Virus record (IMG/VR): IMGVR_UViG_3300028805_000037
Location: 236,446 to 300,445 of that record
Length of the DNA stretch: 64,000 bases
Source of the DNA: a virus
Lineage: Duplodnaviria; Caudoviricetes
Reading direction: 5' to 3' (one strand)
Part shown: positions 19,330 through 27,432 of the stretch, piece by piece
How positions within the stretch are numbered: position 1 is the first letter of the stretch
Layout of the letters: each line of letters begins with the position of its first letter
Made by a program: the position numbers and the translations under genes
Notes under the pieces: model-generated
What the model was told of the DNA's origin: nothing
What the model saw: only the letters and a program-made list of their open reading frames with translations
The model's database searches: none

Positions 19330-19380
19330 TCAAAAATGTAGTAAATGTAGTAAATAAATTTAAAAAGGAGTATTACAAAA

Positions 19381-20157
19381 ATGTTAAACAGAGATTTTAA
19401 TGCATTGACAGTAATAGGTGATTGTGATTTAGCAGTAATGAATATATATCAAGGATCACCTTTGACTTTAGGAGTAAATGGTTATAAAAAAGCAACAAAA
19501 ACAGATAAACTTGCAGGTTTTTCTTTCAACTATTATAATCAGTATAGAAATGATGTAACTGGTGGAGAATTCTTTGCAAATTCTGGAAAAGTTGGTATAG
19601 TAAAAGTTGGACAGGTTACTTTTGATAAAGATGTTTATCAGAATGCTGGTAACATAAATGCAAAAGTATATTTTGCAGTAACAGCAGCAAATGGTGCTAC
19701 GGCTGGTACAGCAGTAGTAACAATTGAAGGTGTTTCTGGTTCTTCTGCAACTATAGCAGCAAATGCAACAAAAGAAGCAGTAGCAGCAGCTCTTGCAGCA
19801 GCAGCTCCTTCTGGCTGGGTTGGAACAGTTTCCAATGATGTAGCAATATTTACAAAAGTTGCTTCTGAAGCTATGGCTTCTACTGATGCAGCAGATAATA
19901 AAGTAGTTGTAACAACTGCTGATGCAACTGTATCTAGTGCAACAATTGAAGATTTTAAACCGGCTGGATCATTATTTAATGTATTTCCGTATGATGAAAC
20001 AAGAACATATAATGTAAATGATACACTTTATGTTGATGAAAATGGTATACTTACAAATGATTCTTCTGCAGCTAGTACAGCTAATGAAGCTGGAACAGTT
20101 ATAGTTCCTCCTACGGCAACAAAATCGGCAATGACAGTATATGTAAATATAAAGTAA
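19381..20157 (+). CDS. Head decoration/minor capsid protein with Ala-rich insertion
   Basis: SGKVGIV...YNVNDTLYVDENGILT pattern; directly upstream of MCP; high-expression codon usage. Confidence 0.6.
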   Translation: MLNRDFNALTVIGDCDLAVMNIYQGSPLTLGVNGYKKATKTDKLAGFSFNYYNQYRNDVTGGEFFANSGKVGIVKVGQVTFDKDVYQNAGNINAKVYFAVTAANGATAGTAVVTIEGVSGSSATIAANATKEAVAAALAAAAPSGWVGTVSNDVAIFTKVASEAMASTDAADNKVVVTTADATVSSATIEDFKPAGSLFNVFPYDETRTYNVNDTLYVDENGILTNDSSAASTANEAGTVIVPPTATKSAMTVYVNIK

Positions 20158-20164
20158 TTTAAAA

Positions 20165-20200
20165 TGTTTTTAAATAGGATGAATTTCCTATTTAAAAACA
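20165..20200 (+). other. 15-bp perfect stem-loop between decoration and MCP genes
   Basis: TGTTTTTAAATAGGA / TCCTATTTAAAAACA. Confidence 0.7.
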
Positions 20201-20234
20201 CAATTTGAAAGAAATAAAAAGGAGATAAAATAAA

Positions 20235-21164
20235 ATGACTAACAATGATATATTAAGACAATTAGCTGAAGCTTTACAGTCTACAGCTATAAAAAAGACT
20301 GCTTCTAAAAATGAAGGTCCGTCAGTAGAACAAATGAATGCAGATTTTGCAAAATATTTGAATGCTGGTGATTTTGGTAGAAAAAAAGCTGCTGTAGCTT
20401 TTGACAAACCTTTGAAAATGAAAGTTGCTTATGAAGCAATTCTTCCTAAAATTTTCAAAGAAGATAATATAGCAAATTCAGTTGCTTGGGCAGATGTTGA
20501 ATTTCCTGAAATTGGAGCTGTAGTTGTTCCTTTCAGAGGAGCTCCTGCAAGAATCGAAAGAGGTACTGCAAGAGTATTTTATAAAACTTATACAGTATCT
20601 GCTGCTTGGGATGTATTTTATGATGACGTTTTCACAGCAGCTTATTCAGTATTAGATGAAGCTAAAAATAAAGTTGCTATTGGTCTTGCAATACAGATTG
20701 ATACAGATTTGTTTAAAGCTTTGAATGCAGCAGCATCTACTGGAGTATATCCGGATTTAGCAGTTTCAACAATGTCACTTTCCGTTATTAACTCTATTAG
20801 AGGCGAAATGATGGAATTTGATTTGATTGCAACAGCAATGTTATTGAATCCGAAAAGATATTATGAAATGTTAGATGTTACACCTAACCAAGTTGATCAG
20901 GTTACTTTGAACACAGTTATAGAAACTGGTTATATTGCTCAGCTCTATGGAGTAAAATTCTTTGTTTCTAAACTTTGTCCGAAAAATGCTGGTTTTGTAA
21001 TCACAGCACCTGAATATATTGGTAAATGTGTATTTAGACAATCACAACAGATTAAAATTACTGATATACCTTGGGAATTAAAATATGTTGTAGTAGGATA
21101 TCAAAATTATGGATTAACGCTTCATAATCCTAGATCAGTAAGAAAAGTTAACTTTATTGGTTAA
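20235..21164 (+). CDS. Major capsid protein (HK97 fold)
   Basis: Size, position after scaffold/decoration, AMLLNPKRY..., GYIAQLYGV, strong terminator after. Confidence 0.8.
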   Translation: MTNNDILRQLAEALQSTAIKKTASKNEGPSVEQMNADFAKYLNAGDFGRKKAAVAFDKPLKMKVAYEAILPKIFKEDNIANSVAWADVEFPEIGAVVVPFRGAPARIERGTARVFYKTYTVSAAWDVFYDDVFTAAYSVLDEAKNKVAIGLAIQIDTDLFKALNAAASTGVYPDLAVSTMSLSVINSIRGEMMEFDLIATAMLLNPKRYYEMLDVTPNQVDQVTLNTVIETGYIAQLYGVKFFVSKLCPKNAGFVITAPEYIGKCVFRQSQQIKITDIPWELKYVVVGYQNYGLTLHNPRSVRKVNFIG

Positions 21165-21190
21165 TTAAATAAAGTTTAATTTTTAAATAT

Positions 21191-21227
21191 AGACGAAAGT
21201 AAAAATTTATTTTACTTTCGTTTTTTT
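21191..21227 (+). terminator. Intrinsic terminator after MCP
   Basis: ACGAAAGTAAAA / TTTTACTTTCGT plus T run. Confidence 0.8.
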
Positions 21228-21240
21228 ATTTTATATAATT

Positions 21241-21255
21241 AATTTAAATTTAAAA
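21241..21255 (+). promoter_or_regulatory. Late-promoter-like motif
   Basis: AATTTAAATTTAAAA. Confidence 0.65.
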
Positions 21256-21379
21256 GGTATTGGAAACACCTTGACTAGTTTAAATAAGAATATTATATTT
21301 TTTATATAATATATAATTATAGTTTATAGAATCTAGTCAAAGTTTCCAGCTTTAAATTAAAATTCTATAAACTATTTTT
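21254..21379 (+). ncRNA. Nuclease-associated pseudoknotted leader RNA, copy 1
   Basis: Pairings AAGGT/ACCTT, TGGAAAC/GTTTCCA, GACTAG/CTAGTC, ATATTATAT/ATATAATAT, ATAGTTTATAGAAT/ATTCTATAAACTAT; covaries with copies 2 and 3. Confidence 0.75.
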
Positions 21380-21396
21380 ATTTATGGAGATATAAT

Positions 21397-23265
21397 ATGA
21401 ATTTAGATAAATTAAAAAAAATTATTAATGATGAAAATTTTAAAAAAATTAATATTAAATGTAAATTTCCTAAAATGAATAAAAATAATATTAATATATT
21501 TAAAATAATAATGCAGAAATATGATAATATAAATCAAGATGATATTATAAATATATTTATAAATAAAAATATAAATAATTGTATATGTAAATGTGGTAAT
21601 TTTAAACATGCAAAACAAAATTTTTGTTCAACAAAATGTTATTATTTTAAACAATATTTAAAACAAAGGCAAGAACAGGGATGTTTAGAAAAATATGGTG
21701 TAAAAAATGTATTTCAAAATAAAGATATAATTAATAAAATAACTAATAAAAGAATTAATAAAACAAAAGAAGAAAAGCAAAAAATAGCAGATAAAAAACA
21801 TCAAACTAAATTAAATAATATAGATGAAAATGGTTTAAATTCATATCAAAGAGGTGTAAAACATAGCAAAGAAACTTGTTTAATTAAATATAATATTGAT
21901 AGTTATTCAAAAACTCAAGAATATAAAAATAAAATGCATGAAACATATAATAATAAAACAAATGAAGAAATGAATAATATTTTAGAAAAAAGAAAACAAA
22001 CATGCCAAGAAAAATATAATGTAGACAATGTATGGCAATCTGAAAATGTTAAAGATAAAATTAAAATTACTAATAAAACAAGATATAATGTTGAATTTTA
22101 TACACAAACAGATGAATATAAAATTAAATCAAAAAATACTTGGAATAGCAAAACACAAGATGAATTAGAAGAAATTAAACAAAAGGCAAAATTAACAAGA
22201 ATACAAAATGGTAATCAATATCCTGATGGAATAACAAAAGAATTTCTAGATAATTGGGATAAAGATAGAAAACCTACACCACAAGATTTATTAGATTATT
22301 TTCATCAATATTATAATAAAAATACACATTTAACAAATATTTATCCACTTATTATTAATAACAAAGAAGATTTTGAATTACAACAATCACGACTTGAATT
22401 AAAAGTTAAAGATTTTTTAGATAAATATAATTTAAAATATGAACAACATAATAGAAGAGTAATAAAGCCTCTAGAATTAGATTTTTACTTACCAGAATAT
22501 AATTTAGCTTTAGAAGTAAATGATATTTTAACACATAATTCTACATTACATTTATTTGGAGGACAACCTAAAGAATTAAATTATCATTTTAATAAAACAA
22601 TGTTATGTAAAAAAGTAGGAGTAAGATTAATACATATATTTGAACCAATTTTAAATAATGAAAAACAATGGGAAATTTTGCAAGATATTATTTTGCATGC
22701 TTGTGGAAAAAGTAAAAAGATATACGCACGTAATACTGAATTAATTGTGAAACCAGCTATTGAATTAAAACAATTTTTTAGAGATAATAATATACAAGGT
22801 TATCGTTCAGCAAATACAGCTTTTGTATTAATTGATAAAAATTCAAAAGAACCATTAATGTGTTATACTATAGGGCAGGCATATTTTGGTAAAGGTAAAT
22901 ATGATGCTGAAATAGTTAGAGGAGCTTGTAAGTTAGGTTATTCAGTAATTGGTGGTGCAAGCAAATTATGGAAATTTATTATTAATTATTATAAAGATAA
23001 AGATTTATATGGAAATCCTGGCAGTATTAATTCTATAGTTTATTATGTTAATCTTAATTATTATGATGGTAAAAGTATGAATTTTTTAAATAATATTAAA
23101 TTTATTAAAAATCAAAGAGGATTTTGGAATTATTGGGTAAAAGATAAAATTTTAAAAAATAGAGAACCAGGAAGACACAAAGAAATAAAAGATTTAATTA
23201 AAAAAGAACAAGTTTTAGTTATTGGAAATTCTGGAACTCAAGTAAATGTTTGGTCAAGAGAATAA
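21397..23265 (+). CDS. Hef-like free-standing endonuclease (Zn finger, KYGV repeats, PD-(D/E)XK/Vsr-like domain, C-terminal GNAT-like domain)
   Basis: CKCG..FCSTKC; EKYGV/KYNV repeats; ELDFYLPEYNLALEVND; KIYARN..NNIQG..VIGGASKLW. Confidence 0.75.
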   Translation: MNLDKLKKIINDENFKKINIKCKFPKMNKNNINIFKIIMQKYDNINQDDIINIFINKNINNCICKCGNFKHAKQNFCSTKCYYFKQYLKQRQEQGCLEKYGVKNVFQNKDIINKITNKRINKTKEEKQKIADKKHQTKLNNIDENGLNSYQRGVKHSKETCLIKYNIDSYSKTQEYKNKMHETYNNKTNEEMNNILEKRKQTCQEKYNVDNVWQSENVKDKIKITNKTRYNVEFYTQTDEYKIKSKNTWNSKTQDELEEIKQKAKLTRIQNGNQYPDGITKEFLDNWDKDRKPTPQDLLDYFHQYYNKNTHLTNIYPLIINNKEDFELQQSRLELKVKDFLDKYNLKYEQHNRRVIKPLELDFYLPEYNLALEVNDILTHNSTLHLFGGQPKELNYHFNKTMLCKKVGVRLIHIFEPILNNEKQWEILQDIILHACGKSKKIYARNTELIVKPAIELKQFFRDNNIQGYRSANTAFVLIDKNSKEPLMCYTIGQAYFGKGKYDAEIVRGACKLGYSVIGGASKLWKFIINYYKDKDLYGNPGSINSIVYYVNLNYYDGKSMNFLNNIKFIKNQRGFWNYWVKDKILKNREPGRHKEIKDLIKKEQVLVIGNSGTQVNVWSRE

Positions 23266-23313
23266 AACAGGTTTATTTAAAAAGAAATATGGAGTACAAT
23301 TGTATAACGAATA

Positions 23314-23355
23314 TTCACTATAAAATTTAAATTTAAAATAAGTTTATAAGGTGAA
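23314..23355 (+). promoter_or_regulatory. Late-promoter-like motif (23324-23338) in an SD-occluding hairpin
   Basis: TTCAC-TATAAA ... TTTATA-AG-GTGAA brackets the motif and covers AAGGTG. Confidence 0.55.
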
Positions 23356-23358
23356 ATT

Positions 23359-24141
23359 ATGAGTATAAATATAACTTGGACACTTCCATATTCTATATTA
23401 CAAAATCCTAATTATACAAAGATAGATATTTATCGTGGTAATGATGAGAATAAAATTGAGTCATATCATATTATTGCTACTCTTGATAGATGGGTAGATA
23501 ATGACTATGAAAAAGAAGTAACATCATATACTGATCCTTCTGGTAATAATCAAAAATTTTATTTTGTTAAATATACTAATAATAATGGTACATTAGTATC
23601 AAATATGTTATTAACAGCTTTTGATTTAAGTCCTAAGCAACAACGCTGGGTAAATAGTTTAAGAGATATGTTAGATCCTATTATAACAAGTAAAATTCTT
23701 GATGATGGCACAATGCAACCATTAAGTGATACTGATTTATTTTTAGGTATTAATATGGCACTTGATTATTTTAATAATTATAGTCCAGTAACTGATTTTA
23801 CTTATGCTACATTTCCTAAAGGTGGAGGATATGAATTTATTATATTATTATTTGCACAATACTTCACTATTATGAATAAATTTATAGGTTTATCAATCCG
23901 TGATTTCAGTTATTCTGATAATGGTTTATCTTTAAACCAGCAATTTACTCCAGCATTAACTACTGCTATGGATAAAATATTAGGTATATTAAATCCATTA
24001 ATGCAGAAAGTTAAAATGGATTTCAGTATTGATTCTAGTGCAACTTTAGGTTCAACAATGTATGCGGTGGGGCTAAATGGAAGGATGGGTCAGTACCCGG
24101 CTGAAGTTTTTTCAATATTTCGTTCACTTACTACAAATTAA
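23359..24141 (+). CDS. Putative neck/head-completion protein
   Basis: Position after MCP; FN3-like N-terminus; FSYSDNGLSLN C-terminal motif. Confidence 0.5.
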   Translation: MSINITWTLPYSILQNPNYTKIDIYRGNDENKIESYHIIATLDRWVDNDYEKEVTSYTDPSGNNQKFYFVKYTNNNGTLVSNMLLTAFDLSPKQQRWVNSLRDMLDPIITSKILDDGTMQPLSDTDLFLGINMALDYFNNYSPVTDFTYATFPKGGGYEFIILLFAQYFTIMNKFIGLSIRDFSYSDNGLSLNQQFTPALTTAMDKILGILNPLMQKVKMDFSIDSSATLGSTMYAVGLNGRMGQYPAEVFSIFRSLTTN

Positions 24142-24156
24142 AATTTAAATTTAAAA
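24142..24156 (+). promoter_or_regulatory. Late-promoter-like motif
   Basis: AATTTAAATTTAAAA directly after the stop codon. Confidence 0.65.
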
Positions 24157-24163
24157 TATGTTA

Positions 24164-24290
24164 TAGGTAATACGAGCACCTAGAACCAGTTAAATATAAG
24201 ATATTATATTTTTTATATAATATATAAATATAACCTATAGAATCTGGTTCAAAGCTCGTAACTTAAATCAAAAATTCTATAGGTTATATT
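24164..24290 (+). ncRNA. Nuclease-associated pseudoknotted leader RNA, copy 2
   Basis: TAGGT/ACCTA, TACGAGC/GCTCGTA, GAACCAG/CTGGTTC, AATATAACCTATAGAAT/ATTCTATAGGTTATATT. Confidence 0.75.
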
Positions 24291-24310
24291 ATTATAAAGG
24301 AGATATAATA

Positions 24311-25987
24311 GTGAATAAAGAAGAAATACAAAAAATTTTTAATGAATATAAAGATAGGATTATAATTCATAAAAATATAACATATTCTGGCAATTTAAAA
24401 CAAAATATTTTATTGTTCAAAGAAATCAATACAAAATATCCTAATATTTTTAAAAACATAACAGAAATTATTTATTTAATGAATCATAGTATTGATGAAA
24501 AATTTTGTTATTGTGGAAATAAAAATAGTTTTAGAGGGTTAAAATATGGTTATGCTAAATATTGTAGTAATAAATGTGCTGCAAATAGTAAAGAATTTAA
24601 GCAACATTATGAAGATACATTATATAAACGATATGGTGTAAGAAAATTAAGTCATACTAGCTTTATGCAAGAAAAATTTAAAGATCCGGAATGGGGTAAA
24701 AAATGTAGGCAAAATCAATTAAAAACATTTCAAAAAAGAACTGGTTATTTACATCCAAGTTTATGCCCAGAAAGTAATGAAAAAAGAAAGAAAACTATGC
24801 AAGAAAGATATAATGTAGATCATCATTGGATGAGTAAAGATCCTAAATTAAATGGAAGTAAAACAAGATTAGAAAAATATGGTTATTATAATTCTTTTAA
24901 TATGCCAGAAGTTAAACAAAAAGCTATAATTGCAAGAAAAAATCCACAATGGATTGAAAAAGTTTTAATAACTCGTAATAAAAATAAAAAAATAATATTT
25001 GAAAAAAAGCATAAACATTTTGAAGATTATAATGAAAAATTTTTTAGAGATAATTTTATAAAAGATGGTAAATTTGATATAAAAGCTTGTTGTGATTATT
25101 TTAATATAATTGAATCTTGGTGTAATTGCAAAAAGCGTGAATTTAATATAATTGAACCAAATAAAAATGAGCAAAATTTTAAATTACAAAAAGAAGTTTT
25201 TGATTATATAAAATCTATATATAATGGTGAAATTTTATTTAATACACATAAATTTATTTATCCTTTAGAAATAGATATTTATATTCCAGAAAAGAAAATT
25301 GGTATAGAATTTAATGGTGTTTATTGGCATTCAATACGTTATAAAGATAAAGATTATCATTATAAAAAGTCATTATTAGCTAAAGAAAAAGATATAGAAT
25401 TAATTCATATTTGGGAAGATCAATGGTTATATCAAAAAGATTTAATTAAATCAATAATTAAAGTAAGATTAGGATTAAATACAAATAAAATTTTTGCAAG
25501 AAAATGTATTATAAAAGAAATTACTACACAACAATATAAAGATTTTACAAATAAAAATCATATACAAGGCTATAGGAAAGCTTCTATTAAATTAGGTTTA
25601 TTTTATAATGATGAATTAGTACAAATAGCATCATTTAGCAAATCAAATAAATATGATTATGAATGGATAAGAGGATGTCCAGCATCATTAAATGTTGTTG
25701 TTGGTGGGACATCAAAGTTATTTAATTATTTTATTAAAAATTTTAAACCAAAATCTGTCTTATGTTATGCGGATTTTAATCTTTTTAATGGGCAAGGCTA
25801 TAGACAATGTGGCTTTCAATTTAACGGTTATACTGGGCCGAATAAATTTTATTTTGATTCAGAATTAAAAAGAATCGAAAGAAACCCACACAGATATAAA
25901 GAATTTAAACAATTAGTAGAAAATAATCAACTATTATTATGTTATGGTTGTGGTAGTTTGCGTTATATTTGGTTCAATAAAATTTAA
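24311..25987 (+). CDS. Hef-like free-standing endonuclease with C-terminal GNAT-like domain
   Basis: CYCGN..YCSNKC; EIDIYIPEKKIGIEFNGVYWHS; KIFARKC..NHIQG..VVGGTSKLF..YAD. Confidence 0.8.
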   Translation: MNKEEIQKIFNEYKDRIIIHKNITYSGNLKQNILLFKEINTKYPNIFKNITEIIYLMNHSIDEKFCYCGNKNSFRGLKYGYAKYCSNKCAANSKEFKQHYEDTLYKRYGVRKLSHTSFMQEKFKDPEWGKKCRQNQLKTFQKRTGYLHPSLCPESNEKRKKTMQERYNVDHHWMSKDPKLNGSKTRLEKYGYYNSFNMPEVKQKAIIARKNPQWIEKVLITRNKNKKIIFEKKHKHFEDYNEKFFRDNFIKDGKFDIKACCDYFNIIESWCNCKKREFNIIEPNKNEQNFKLQKEVFDYIKSIYNGEILFNTHKFIYPLEIDIYIPEKKIGIEFNGVYWHSIRYKDKDYHYKKSLLAKEKDIELIHIWEDQWLYQKDLIKSIIKVRLGLNTNKIFARKCIIKEITTQQYKDFTNKNHIQGYRKASIKLGLFYNDELVQIASFSKSNKYDYEWIRGCPASLNVVVGGTSKLFNYFIKNFKPKSVLCYADFNLFNGQGYRQCGFQFNGYTGPNKFYFDSELKRIERNPHRYKEFKQLVENNQLLLCYGCGSLRYIWFNKI

Positions 25988-25994
25988 ATTTAAA

Positions 25995-26120
25995 AAGGTA
26001 TTGAGAACACCTTGAACCAGTTTAAATAAAGATATTATATTAGTACAGTATATAGATGTGGCCTATAAAATCTGGTTCAAAGTTCTCAAAGCTTAATCAA
26101 AAATTTTATAGGCTACTTTT
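25995..26120 (+). ncRNA. Nuclease-associated pseudoknotted leader RNA, copy 3
   Basis: AAGGT/ACCTT, TTGAGAAC/GTTCTCAA, GAACCAG/CTGGTTC, GTGGCCTATAAAAT/ATTTTATAGGCTAC (one G-U). Confidence 0.75.
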
Positions 26121-26138
26121 ATTTTGTGAGTATAATAT

Positions 26139-27407
26139 ATGAATTATATTAATATAATAAAACAATTAAAAAAAGAGTCACTAATAATATCTGGCAAAAC
26201 GCCATATCAATTTCAAATAAATAAAGATATATTTCAAAAATATAAAGATTATTTTATTAATATTTCTGAAATGTTATATTGTTTTAAAAATGATAATATT
26301 TTAAATGAAATATTTTGTAAATGTGGAAATAAAAAGAATTTCATTAATATGACGATTGGTTATACTAAATTTTGTTCAAAAGAATGTAATTATAAATATA
26401 GAAATTTTGATTCACCATTCAAAAGAAAAGATGTACAAGAAAAATCTAGAAAAACATTTCAAATAAAATATAATAGTAATACATTTGCTGGCACAAAATT
26501 ATTTAAAGAAAAATCAAAATTAACAAAATTAGAAAGATATAATGATGAAAATTATAATAATAGCAAACAAGCAAATAAAACTAAATATGAACGTTATGAA
26601 AATCACGCCTATAATAAAAATAAATTTGAACAATCAATGTTAGAAATTTATGGTGTTACACATCATTGGAAAGATAAAAATGTAAGAAAACAAATTATAA
26701 ACACTATGTTAAATAATATAGATGAAAATGGATTAAATAGCATTCAAAGAAGAAAATTAAAAATAGAACAAACAAATTTAGAAAAATATGGAGTTAAATG
26801 TAGTTTTTCAAGCAAAGATCCAGAAATAAATGGTAGAGCATCTATAAAAAGAAAATATGGTGTAGAATCTTTTTGGAGTTCACAACAATTTAAAGATCTT
26901 TATAAAGATGAAGAATATAAAAATAAAGTACAAGAAAAAGCTATTCAAACTAGATTACATGATATAGATGAAAATGGTTTAAATAGTTATCAAAGAAGTG
27001 CAATAAAACGTTTTGAAACAATGAAAAAAAATAATTCTTTTAATACATCTCAGCCAGAAGAAGAATGTTATCAATTACTTTTAAAAAAGTTTAGTAAAGA
27101 TGATATAGAAAGGCAATATAAATCTCAATCATATCCTTTTCATTGCGATTTTTATATTAAATCTCTAGATTTATATATAGAATACCATGGAACTTGGACG
27201 CATCAATTTAAACCATTTAAACATTCAGTAGAAGATTTGCAAAAATTAAAAGAATTACAAAATAAAAATACAAAATATTATAATACTTCAATTGAAATTT
27301 GGACAAAAATTGATCCATTAAAATTACAAACATTTAAAAAGAATAAACTTAATTTTAAAATATTTTATAATATAGAACAATTTAAAAATTGGTTCAATAA
27401 AATTTAA
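26139..27407 (+). CDS. Free-standing PD-(D/E)XK/Vsr-like endonuclease with KYGV repeats
   Basis: CKCGN..FCSKEC; KYGV repeats; YPFHCDFYIKSLDLYIEYHGTWTH. Confidence 0.75.
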   Translation: MNYINIIKQLKKESLIISGKTPYQFQINKDIFQKYKDYFINISEMLYCFKNDNILNEIFCKCGNKKNFINMTIGYTKFCSKECNYKYRNFDSPFKRKDVQEKSRKTFQIKYNSNTFAGTKLFKEKSKLTKLERYNDENYNNSKQANKTKYERYENHAYNKNKFEQSMLEIYGVTHHWKDKNVRKQIINTMLNNIDENGLNSIQRRKLKIEQTNLEKYGVKCSFSSKDPEINGRASIKRKYGVESFWSSQQFKDLYKDEEYKNKVQEKAIQTRLHDIDENGLNSYQRSAIKRFETMKKNNSFNTSQPEEECYQLLLKKFSKDDIERQYKSQSYPFHCDFYIKSLDLYIEYHGTWTHQFKPFKHSVEDLQKLKELQNKNTKYYNTSIEIWTKIDPLKLQTFKKNKLNFKIFYNIEQFKNWFNKI

Positions 27408-27432
27408 ATTTAAAATATAAGGAAATAATATT

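Larger units (their letters stand above)
25969..27415 (+). repeat. 27-bp direct repeat (25969-25995, 27389-27415) flanking RNA copy 3 plus its nuclease
   Basis: TTGGTTCAATAAAATTTAAATTTAAAA on both sides; includes both ORFs' WFNKI-stop and the promoter motif. Confidence 0.85.

Noticed and set aside
21254-26120. Assigning the leader RNA to pistol, twister, hammerhead, HDV, group I intron or HEARO
   Set aside because: Helix order and conserved cores do not match by eye; copies are intergenic and do not split a gene; the ORFs are not IscB/HNH. An Rfam search is still needed
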